In this document: positions 15,548-22,781 of the stretch, piece after piece
How the letters are laid out: every line of letters starts with the position of its first letter
Numbering within the stretch: position 1 is the stretch's first letter
Origin: a virus
UHGV virus genome: UHGV-1752254
Reading direction: 5' to 3' (one strand)
DNA: 22,781 nt
The notes under the pieces: generated by a model
Databases searched by the model: none
What the model saw: only the letters and a program-made list of their open reading frames with translations
Told to the model about the DNA's origin: nothing
Position numbers and translations under genes: made by a program

Positions 15548-15930
15548 TGGGGCTTCGTGAAGAGATTCAGTCAGAGGTTGCCGCTGCTTTTGATGAGGAT
15601 TTAGCGGACGCCGTGAGTGATTTTTCTGGTTCTTACGTTACGCACCGGCACTGGGATCCTGTGACGGAAACTGGCGGCGAATCCACCGCAATCTATACCG
15701 GGCGAGGCGTGTTGACACGTTATAAGCTGGGCAGAATTGATGGGATTAATATTTTGCATGGTGACCTTAAATTAACCGCTCTGGTATGCGAGGTTACGGA
15801 TAAACCAGCTGTCGACCATATTATTGAGATTTATGATCCTGTATCAAGGCAGTTACAACGATACGAGGTAATTACAGCAAGTGTAGATCCTTCCGCATCA
15901 GTTTACTCTATCCAGTTAAGGAGAGCGTAA
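15547..15930 (+). CDS. Putative head-tail joining / head closure protein
   Basis: 127-aa ORF whose start overlaps the upstream stop (TAATG). Role assigned by position. Confidence 0.45.
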   Translation: MGLREEIQSEVAAAFDEDLADAVSDFSGSYVTHRHWDPVTETGGESTAIYTGRGVLTRYKLGRIDGINILHGDLKLTALVCEVTDKPAVDHIIEIYDPVSRQLQRYEVITASVDPSASVYSIQLRRA

Positions 15931-16311
15931 ATGGCAAAGGCATGGGATATAGAACCGTCAATATTTGCCGGGATGATTGAGGAAGATGTAGGGCTGAAGA
16001 TTCGCTACATCGCTATTCAGATTCTTACTGCTATTGATATTGCTGCTCCGGTTGATACCGGACGTTTCAGAAATAACAACCTGGTGTCGTTACAGCATCC
16101 CGATTTTGGTATATCTGATAACGTGGATCCGAACGGTACGATTGCTGTTCAGCGTGGGATCGGGGTTATTTCGAAAGCTGCAAATTACGGAGTTATTTAT
16201 ATCCAGAATAACCTTCCTTATGCAGAGGCTCTTGAAAACGGTCATTCACAACAAGCGCCAACTGGCGTGTATGCCAACGCTTTTCATGGTGTTTTACAGG
16301 CTTACAAATGA
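15931..16311 (+). CDS. Putative tail completion protein (HK97 gp10-like)
   Basis: 126-aa ORF with AAGGAG RBS. The motif NNLPYAEALENGHSQQAP resembles the HK97 gp10 family as I recall it. Confidence 0.5.
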   Translation: MAKAWDIEPSIFAGMIEEDVGLKIRYIAIQILTAIDIAAPVDTGRFRNNNLVSLQHPDFGISDNVDPNGTIAVQRGIGVISKAANYGVIYIQNNLPYAEALENGHSQQAPTGVYANAFHGVLQAYK

Positions 16312-16700
16312 CGTTTACTGAAATCAGAAATACGGTTATTTCCAGAATGACGGCACAGACGATTATTGATGGAAAAGACGTATTGTATCCGAACGCGCCA
16401 ACGTTCGATCCTTCCGGTAAGTTAATCTGGGCGCGGTTAAGTAATATTCCCGGGCAGGCTGGAGTTAATGAAATTGGCGCGGGGCCGATTGTTTATCGCA
16501 CGGGGATAATCATTATTCAGTTATTTGTCCCCGCAGGTTCTGGTTCAAAACTCATTACTGAGACAGCCGATAAATTGCGGGAACTGTTTGAGTTTCAGGA
16601 TGACGATCGTCTCAGTTACCAGGCTGTTTCCTCAATAGCCGTTGGCGAAAAGAATGGCTGGTTCCAGCTTAATCTTCAAATTCCATATCGCGCGCTCTAG
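16308..16700 (+). CDS. Putative tail terminator / neck protein
   Basis: 130-aa ORF overlapping the upstream stop (ATGA), immediately before the major tail gene. Confidence 0.45.
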   Translation: MTFTEIRNTVISRMTAQTIIDGKDVLYPNAPTFDPSGKLIWARLSNIPGQAGVNEIGAGPIVYRTGIIIIQLFVPAGSGSKLITETADKLRELFEFQDDDRLSYQAVSSIAVGEKNGWFQLNLQIPYRAL

Positions 16701-16726
16701 CGCAATTAATGACATAGGAGGCTCCT

Positions 16727-17689
16727 GTGAGTTCAGGTGCAAAGGTTATCTCGGCATTTATCCGGGAGACGGTTGCAGGCACTACGCCAGCAAGTGGTGA
16801 CTGGAGTTTATTAAAACGCACAAGCTGGGGAGTAAAACCCACCCAGAATAAAGGCGAAAATAATGAGATTGGTGGCTCCCGGATGGCTCAGGGGGCGACG
16901 CCTGGCACTGTGGATGTCGGCGGTGATGTTGGTACCAAATTTCGCTGGGGTCAACATGATGATTTTCTTGCATCCTGTTTCGGCGCGGAATGGTCAGGCG
17001 ATTCTCTGACAATGGGGAATGAGCGAATAACATTTTCTCTGGCGACCTATGCGTCCGATGTCGGAATTGCCTCTGTCGTCAGAGGAGCGCAGGTTGGCTC
17101 ATGGAAAATGCAGATCCCTAACGACGGCGATATTACAGCGACCGTAACCTTTGCCGGACTGGACTGGGAATCAAAGGCCGATGATACGAATTTTATCAAA
17201 GGCGAACCTGTGGATAGTGCAGGAAAGCTACGTTATTCGTTTAAGGAGGTTTCAGCAGTAAGCCTGAATGGTGTTGCCGGAGGTAACGGTTTTTGTATCG
17301 ACAGTTTTGATATTCAGTTCGATAACAAACTCCAGACACAGCGTTGTATCGGGACTGGCTCGCCTTATGCAGGAGCAAATATTCCGACTACTTTTACACC
17401 GTCCGGTACGGTGACGCTTTCATGGTCTAAAGCCGCGTGGGAAATCTGGAGTAAAACACTGACTGGAGAAACAGTTCCGTTCAGCTTCACGCTTTCGAAT
17501 GGAGAGGGGGCATACACTTTCAGTTTCCCGAAGGTTCAGGTGTCAGGTGAATGGCCTGATGGGGGTAATAGCGACATTATCCAGGTTCAATTGAGCATTA
17601 CCGCAGCAGATGAAGCACCTACGATAACCAGAAAAAAAAATTCCCCGGCTGCCGTGATCGCAAAAGCCAGTGCTGAGGCGATTAGTTGA
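16727..17689 (+). CDS. Major tail (tube) protein
   Basis: 320-aa ORF from GTG 16727 with AGGAGG RBS 5 nt upstream. Gly/Thr/Ser-rich beta-type composition. Located just upstream of the chaperone-frameshift-tape-measure trio. Not lambda V-like. Confidence 0.7.
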   Translation: MSSGAKVISAFIRETVAGTTPASGDWSLLKRTSWGVKPTQNKGENNEIGGSRMAQGATPGTVDVGGDVGTKFRWGQHDDFLASCFGAEWSGDSLTMGNERITFSLATYASDVGIASVVRGAQVGSWKMQIPNDGDITATVTFAGLDWESKADDTNFIKGEPVDSAGKLRYSFKEVSAVSLNGVAGGNGFCIDSFDIQFDNKLQTQRCIGTGSPYAGANIPTTFTPSGTVTLSWSKAAWEIWSKTLTGETVPFSFTLSNGEGAYTFSFPKVQVSGEWPDGGNSDIIQVQLSITAADEAPTITRKKNSPAAVIAKASAEAIS

Positions 17690-17749
17690 TTTTCCGTTAT
17701 TCCTCCTGTGGTACTGCCCTACAGGGGGACGCATTGAATGAGGTTATGG

Positions 17750-18199
17750 ATGTTTATTCTTAATCAGAAAATTATCATTGGTGGAGAACGCTGGTTTACG
17801 CCAATGAAGGACTTAAAACCTGTAGACGGGTTAAAACTGTTGGTGGCAAGCAGCGATAACGATCAGTATCGCTCCCGTAATGCATTAATCCGTCGCCACA
17901 TTGAGAAAATGGATGCCAGTTTGCACGTCGGAACGAAGGAGTTTGATATTTCAAAGGTTTCCGAGGTGGATTCTGTTGATGATTTACTCATTGATAATGC
18001 CGCTCGTTATCTGCTGAAAGACTGGAAAGGGGTTGGTGAACTGGTTAATGGTGTTGAGGTTGCACTGGAATATACGGCAGAACGAGGGATCGCGCTGCTT
18101 AAGCAGAATCCAGAGTTGTACTGGCAGATCCTTGCAGAAGCAGCCAGCATCGCCCAGGGTAAAGAGCAGCAGAAGCAGGATACGATAAAAAAGCCATAG
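17750..18199 (+). CDS. Tail assembly chaperone (gpG-like)
   Basis: ORF between major tail and tape measure. Likely start ATG 17750 with GAGG 6 nt upstream; the track gives 17738. Ends 6 nt after a canonical slippery heptamer. Confidence 0.75.
   Translation: MFILNQKIIIGGERWFTPMKDLKPVDGLKLLVASSDNDQYRSRNALIRRHIEKMDASLHVGTKEFDISKVSEVDSVDDLLIDNAARYLLKDWKGVGELVNGVEVALEYTAERGIALLKQNPELYWQILAEAASIAQGKEQQKQDTIKKP
18187..18193 (+). other. Programmed -1 ribosomal frameshift site A_AAA_AAG
   Basis: Heptamer A AAA AAG sits in the zero frame of the gpG-like gene (codons AAA 18188-18190, AAG 18191-18193). The -1 frame is open from 18193 to the stop at 18507. Confidence 0.7.
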
Positions 18200-18507
18200 C
18201 TGCCCAGCGGTGGTTATCGGAGTTCGGGGGAGAAAGGGGGGAAAAGGCAAGATGGAAGCGAGAAAAACTCAGGTTGCCACCGATACCGGAACCAGAAATA
18301 GACCCGGTGCTTAAGGAGTTGTTGTACGCCTATTCGGTAATATCCCGTGCCCGACGTTATGCTGGAATGGCTGGGGTGCCTTTGCCTTTATCTCTGACAG
18401 AGATAAATGAATATTTAGCCACTCATCCGGTATTGATTGAGCGCGATGAATTTGAAGCAGTGATCTTTGCACTGGATGACCAGTATTTTCAGGAGCAGTG
18501 TGTGTAG
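18193..18507 (+). CDS. gpT-like C-terminal extension of the G-T frameshift fusion chaperone
   Basis: The -1 frame from the slip site reads AIAAQRWLSEFGGERGEKARWKREKLRLPPIPEPEIDPVLKELLYAYS... without stops to 18507. The track lists only the portion from an internal TTG at 18274. Confidence 0.65.
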   Translation, partial: AIAAQRWLSEFGGERGEKARWKREKLRLPPIPEPEIDPVLKELLYAYSVISRARRYAGMAGVPLPLSLTEINEYLATHPVLIERDEFEAVIFALDDQYFQEQCV

Positions 18508-18627
18508 TTGTTAATTACGTACACTCTGTTACAGAGATGTGATGGTGTCTTTAATTAAATCGATGATGCTCCTGGAGAAAAGCATTGCGTGGCCTCGTAA
18601 TCGCTATATCTACTATTATGTCGCCTG

Positions 18628-18655
18628 AAACCCACTTCGCGGTGGGTTTTTTGTT
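18628..18655 (+). terminator. Intrinsic terminator-like hairpin between the chaperone and tape-measure genes
   Basis: Stem AAACCCAC / GTGGGTTT around a TTCGCG loop, followed by TTTTGTTG. Lies in a 165-bp non-coding gap. Confidence 0.5.
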
Positions 18656-18672
18656 GTCAGGAGTTTTAATAA

Positions 18673-21600
18673 ATGGCAGAGCAAACCTCGCGTCTCGCAA
18701 TAATTATTGATAGCACTGGAGCGAAAAATAATGCTGACAATCTGACCTCCTCATTAGTCAAAATGACGCAGGCTGGGGAAACTGCTGCAAATAGCGCAGG
18801 GAAAGTGACTAAGGCAACAGAAGATGAGAAGAACGCGCTCGCAAAATTAAAAGCAGCTATTGATCCAGTTGGTGCCGCAATTGATACTGTCGGTCGACGC
18901 TATTCTGAATTAAAGAAATTTTTCGATAAAGGGCTTATTGATAAAGAAGAATATGAATTTCTTGTCCGTAAACTTAATGAAACCACAGAGGAATTGAGCG
19001 GGGTTGCGCAAGCGCAGAGAGAAGCCGAGAAGGCCGGAAAACTTACTGCCGCCCAGCAGGAAGCGCAGGCTCAGGCCTTTCAAAGAATGCTGGACAAGAT
19101 CGACCCTCTGGCTGCGGCGCTAAGAAATCTTGAACAACAGCATGATGAACTTAATGCTGCGTTTGCATCCGGGAAAATAAATGGTTCTCAGTTTGAGAAT
19201 TATAGCCGAAAAATACAGGAAACACGGCGAGAGCTTACCGGAGAGGCTCAGGCAGAGCGAGAAGCAGCAAAAGCGCATGATGAACAGGTTGTTGCTTTGC
19301 AACGTCTGATTGCTCAACTTGATCCTGTCGGAACTGCTTTTAATCGTCTGGTAGAACAACAGAAACAGCTCAATGAAGCAAAAGCTAAGGGGATGCTTTC
19401 TCCTGAAATGTATGAGGAGCTTTCTGGAAAACTTCGTGCTATGCGGAGTGAGCTTGAGGTTACTCAATCACAATTAAGCAAAACCGGAATGTCGGCAAAA
19501 CAAACGGCTTTTGCTATGCGCATGTTGCCTGCACAAATGACGGATATTGTTGTTGGGTTGTCCACTGGTCAGTCGCCATTTATGGTGTTAATGCAGCAGG
19601 GCGGCCAGCTAAAAGATATGTTCGGTGGGATTGGCCCGGCGATCAAAGGTGTAGGTTCTTATGTGCTGGGATTAATTAATCCTTTTACCCTGGCCGCAGC
19701 AGCCGTTGGGGTCTTAGGACTGGCTTACTATAAAGGCTCTCAGGAGCAGGACGAATTTAATAAATCTCTTATTCTTACCGGAAATCAGTTGGGGACAACC
19801 AGCGGGCAATTGGGCGATATAGCTCAACGTGCCGGGAATGCGGCTGATTCGACAACTGGTGCTGCGGCGGCAGTATTAAATCAGCTTGTGCGTTCGGGAA
19901 AGGTAGCGAGCAGTTCGCTGGAGCAAGTGACGACAGCGATAGTAAAAACGAGCGAAGTAACAGGAATATCAACCGAACAACTGGTTAATGACTTCAATGA
20001 AATTGCAAAGGATCCTGTCAGTGCCATATCAAAACTTAATGATCAGTACCATTTTCTGACACTTGCGACTTATAACCAGATTAAGGCGCTACAGGATGAA
20101 GGGAACCAGCAGGAGGCCGCCCGCATTGCGACAGAAGAATACTCATCCTCAATGATCCAGCGCACCAACCAGATTAAAGAAAATCTTGGTTATCTTGAGA
20201 CTGCATGGAAAGCTGTCGCAGACTCCGCAAAATGGGCATGGGATTCCATGCTGGATATTGGCCGTGAGGCCTCCCTTGATCAAAAAATCTCAGATGTTCT
20301 CCGTCAAATTGATGAAATAGAAAAAAATACCCGACCCGGAGTTTTCGGGTTAGGTGGCATTGGAGATGGCGGAGCTCAAAATAAAAGGCTGGCACGATTA
20401 AAGCAGCAATTGGGCGTACTTCAAGCAGAAAAAATTGCTCAGGACGTACTAAATTCATCAATAAACGATTACAACAAGCGACAACAGGAAGGAATTGAAC
20501 TCAGACAGAGAGCAGATGCCTTTTCAAAACAATATCAGACCCGGGAGCAGCAGAGAGCTAGTGAACTTGCAAAACTGGAAAAGCTAAAGAATCAGTATTC
20601 AAAGGAAGAATATAATAATCTTATCGCTCAAATAAATGAGCGTTATAAAGATCCAAAGCAACCAAAGGCGAAAGGTTATTCTGATGATGCAGCCCAACGA
20701 ATGATTGATCATCTGAATCAACAGAATGCGTTACTAAGTTCACAAGCTGAGTTGACCGTTAAATTAAGTTCCTCTGAACAGGAACTGGTTAAGTGGCGTC
20801 AGCGGATTGCCGACCTAGAGTCACGACCATCATCGAAATTAACCCAGGATCAGAAATCGCTTCTCTTACACCGGGAAGAAATAACCGCGTTGATGGAGAA
20901 AAATGTTGCGATTGAAAAGAATAACAGGCTAATCAAGGAATCCGCCGAAATAACAGCATGGCGTGATTCATTGCAGGCTTCGATTGATAATCGTCAGCAG
21001 GGGTATGATATTCAGATTGCTGGTTATGGGGTTGGCGATAAAAATCAGCAACGCCAGCAGGAATTACTGCGGATTGAACATGGATATAACAATCAGCGTC
21101 TGCAACTTGAACGTGACTATGCAGATAAATCCCGTGGAATGTCAGATCATGTTTTTCAAGAGAAAATGCAGGCTCTGAATGATGCTCTGGAACGGGAAAA
21201 AGAAATTGTCAGACAGAAAAACGAGCAGCTCGATATTCAGGCAGGAGACTGGGTTAGTGGTGCCTCCCAGGGATTCAATAACTGGCTGGATGACACTAAG
21301 GATATCAGTGAGCAGATAAAATCAACCACGACTCAGATGTTTGATGGGATGACCGATGCGCTGGGTGATTTTGTCACGACAGGCAAGGCAAATTTTCGTT
21401 CTTTCGCTACTTCCGTGATTTCGGATCTTAGTCGAATGGCATTAAAGGCTTCAATTACTGGGATTTTCGACAGCATTAGTAACAGTTCTTCTGGGGGGAT
21501 TTTAGGAACTATCGGGAGTGCTATTAGTAAATTTATTCCGAATGCAAAGGGCGGTGTTTATGAGTCTCCGTCATTGAGCACGTATTCGAACGGTATTTAT

Positions 21601-21906
21601 GATTCCCCGCAATTTTTTGCTTTTGCAAAAGGGGCTGGTGTTTTTGGTGAGGCTGGACCGGAAGCCATTATGCCATTAACACGAACTTCCGATGGTTCTC
21701 TTGGTGTCAGAGCTATTAATAGTAAAAGTGGTAATGGAGGCGGAGATATTACCTATGCCCCTGTATACCAAATCACTATTCAAAATGACGGCCAGAATGG
21801 AGAGATTGGCCCTCAGGCAATAAAAGCACTTATGGGGATGGTTGATCAGCGGGTGCAGGGCAATCTGTTAAATATGCGACGTGATGGGGGAATATTAAGT
21901 GGCTAA
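18673..21906 (+). CDS. H: Tail tape measure protein (lambda gpH-like)
   Basis: 1077-aa coiled-coil-rich protein. Recognisable similarity to lambda H in the central segment ([10 protein letters not shown]...[21 protein letters not shown]) and the C-terminus ([15 protein letters not shown]...RRDGGI). Confidence 0.95.
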   Translation: MAEQTSRLAIIIDSTGAKNNADNLTSSLVKMTQAGETAANSAGKVTKATEDEKNALAKLKAAIDPVGAAIDTVGRRYSELKKFFDKGLIDKEEYEFLVRKLNETTEELSGVAQAQREAEKAGKLTAAQQEAQAQAFQRMLDKIDPLAAALRNLEQQHDELNAAFASGKINGSQFENYSRKIQETRRELTGEAQAEREAAKAHDEQVVALQRLIAQLDPVGTAFNRLVEQQKQLNEAKAKGMLSPEMYEELSGKLRAMRSELEVTQSQLSKTGMSAKQTAFAMRMLPAQMTDIVVGLSTGQSPFMVLMQQGGQLKDMFGGIGPAIKGVGSYVLGLINPFTLAAAAVGVLGLAYYKGSQEQDEFNKSLILTGNQLGTTSGQLGDIAQRAGNAADSTTGAAAAVLNQLVRSGKVASSSLEQVTTAIVKTSEVTGISTEQLVNDFNEIAKDPVSAISKLNDQYHFLTLATYNQIKALQDEGNQQEAARIATEEYSSSMIQRTNQIKENLGYLETAWKAVADSAKWAWDSMLDIGREASLDQKISDVLRQIDEIEKNTRPGVFGLGGIGDGGAQNKRLARLKQQLGVLQAEKIAQDVLNSSINDYNKRQQEGIELRQRADAFSKQYQTREQQRASELAKLEKLKNQYSKEEYNNLIAQINERYKDPKQPKAKGYSDDAAQRMIDHLNQQNALLSSQAELTVKLSSSEQELVKWRQRIADLESRPSSKLTQDQKSLLLHREEITALMEKNVAIEKNNRLIKESAEITAWRDSLQASIDNRQQGYDIQIAGYGVGDKNQQRQQELLRIEHGYNNQRLQLERDYADKSRGMSDHVFQEKMQALNDALEREKEIVRQKNEQLDIQAGDWVSGASQGFNNWLDDTKDISEQIKSTTTQMFDGMTDALGDFVTTGKANFRSFATSVISDLSRMALKASITGIFDSISNSSSGGILGTIGSAISKFIPNAKGGVYESPSLSTYSNGIYDSPQFFAFAKGAGVFGEAGPEAIMPLTRTSDGSLGVRAINSKSGNGGGDITYAPVYQITIQNDGQNGEIGPQAIKALMGMVDQRVQGNLLNMRRDGGILSG

Positions 21907-21940
21907 TACGGAAGAATTTCACTGGTTACCAGAGGATGGA

Positions 21941-22237
21941 ATGAAAACAGAAAATAAACCATCGATAAAAACTGTAAGATTTGGCGATGGTTATGAGCAA
22001 CGAAGTCCAAATGGACTTAATCATTCTCTGCGCGTTTTCACCTGTGATTTCAAAGTTGAGGCGAATGAACGTGATTCATTTGAAAAATTTTTAGCCCGGC
22101 ATGAAGGCTATAAATCTTTTTTTTGGCGCCCGCCGGGTATTAACAGAAAAATCAGAGTGGTGTGTCGAACGTGGTCAGCGACAGAACATATCACCTATAC
22201 CGATTTTTCGTGTCAGTTTGACGAAGTGGTGATCTGA
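21941..22237 (+). CDS. M: Minor tail protein M (lambda gpM-like)
   Basis: From ATG 21941 the product starts MKTENKPSIKTVRFGDGYEQRSP, paralleling lambda M (MKTF...VRKVRFGDGYSQRAP). The track's GTG start at 21899 would overlap the tape-measure stop. Confidence 0.85.
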   Translation: MKTENKPSIKTVRFGDGYEQRSPNGLNHSLRVFTCDFKVEANERDSFEKFLARHEGYKSFFWRPPGINRKIRVVCRTWSATEHITYTDFSCQFDEVVI

Positions 22238-22781
22238 TGCAGGACATACAACAGGAAACGCTGAATGAATGCATTCGTGCGGAGCAGTCGGCCAGCGTGG
22301 TGCTCTGGGAAATCGACCTGACCGAGGTAGGCGGGGATCGCTACTTTTTCTGTAATGAGCAGAACGAAAAAGGTGAGTCTGTCACCTGGCAGAGTCGGCA
22401 GTATCAGGCCTATCCCATTCAGGGGAGTGGATTTGAGATGAACGGCAAGGGCAGTGCTGCCCGTCCGACACTGACGGTCTCTAACCTGCACGGCATGATC
22501 ACCGGGATGGCGGAAGATCTGCAGAGTCTGGTCGGCGGAACGGTGGTCCGGCGTAAGGTTTACGCCCGCTTTCTGGATGCGGTGAACTTCGTCAACGGAA
22601 ACAGCGAAGCCGATCCGGAGCAGGAGGTGATCAGCCGCTGGCGCATCGAGCAGTGCAGCGAACTGAGCGCGGTCAGTGCCTCTTTTGTACTGTCCACGCC
22701 GACTGAAACGGATGGCGCTGTTTTTCCGGGACGTATCATGCTGGCCAACACCTGCACCTGGACCTATCGCGGTGATGAGTG
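22237..22781 (+). CDS. L: Minor tail protein L (lambda gpL-like), truncated at the window edge
   Basis: ATG 22237 overlaps the gpM stop (ATGA). The frame stays open to the end of the window. Translation MQDIQQETLNECIRAEQSASVVLWEIDLTEVGGDRYFFCNEQNEKGE... is almost identical to lambda L as I recall it. Confidence 0.9.
   Translation, partial: MQDIQQETLNECIRAEQSASVVLWEIDLTEVGGDRYFFCNEQNEKGESVTWQSRQYQAYPIQGSGFEMNGKGSAARPTLTVSNLHGMITGMAEDLQSLVGGTVVRRKVYARFLDAVNFVNGNSEADPEQEVISRWRIEQCSELSAVSASFVLSTPTETDGAVFPGRIMLANTCTWTYRGDE

Noticed and set aside
21899-21940. GTG start for gpM at 21899 (track)
   Set aside because: It would overlap the tape-measure stop. ATG 21941 with GAGGA upstream reproduces the lambda M N-terminus (MKT...).

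Overview
This window reads as one continuous late-region segment of a lambdoid, mosaic prophage from an enterobacterium (E. coli-like), with every credible gene on the + strand. In order: the end of a nin-type region (DUF1367-like, YbcO/DUF1364-like, a Q-like late regulator), a tandem tRNA-Thr(UGU)/tRNA-Gly(UCC) pair, a phage-21-type lysis cassette (pinholin S, SAR endolysin R, Rz with embedded Rz1), an AT-rich cargo block (TrkG-like K+ transporter, a ParB-like nuclease-domain protein, a glycosyltransferase-like protein), the packaging genes (small HTH protein, TerS, TerL), portal, head morphogenesis, scaffold and major capsid genes, head-tail joining genes, major tail, a G/GT chaperone pair with a -1 frameshift site, a lambda-H-like tape measure, gpM and the 5' part of gpL. 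The best candidate for an undescribed system is the translationally coupled ParB-like / glycosyltransferase-like pair at 6034-7750, though its function is inferred from motifs only. Other observations worth a second look are a TGCGCA hexamer array inside terS (possible pac site), twin hairpin-plus-GGGACAAAGTCC modules upstream of the lysis genes, and UUCG-tetraloop terminators inside the structural operon. All calls rest on reading the sequence and the supplied ORF translations; no database search was run.
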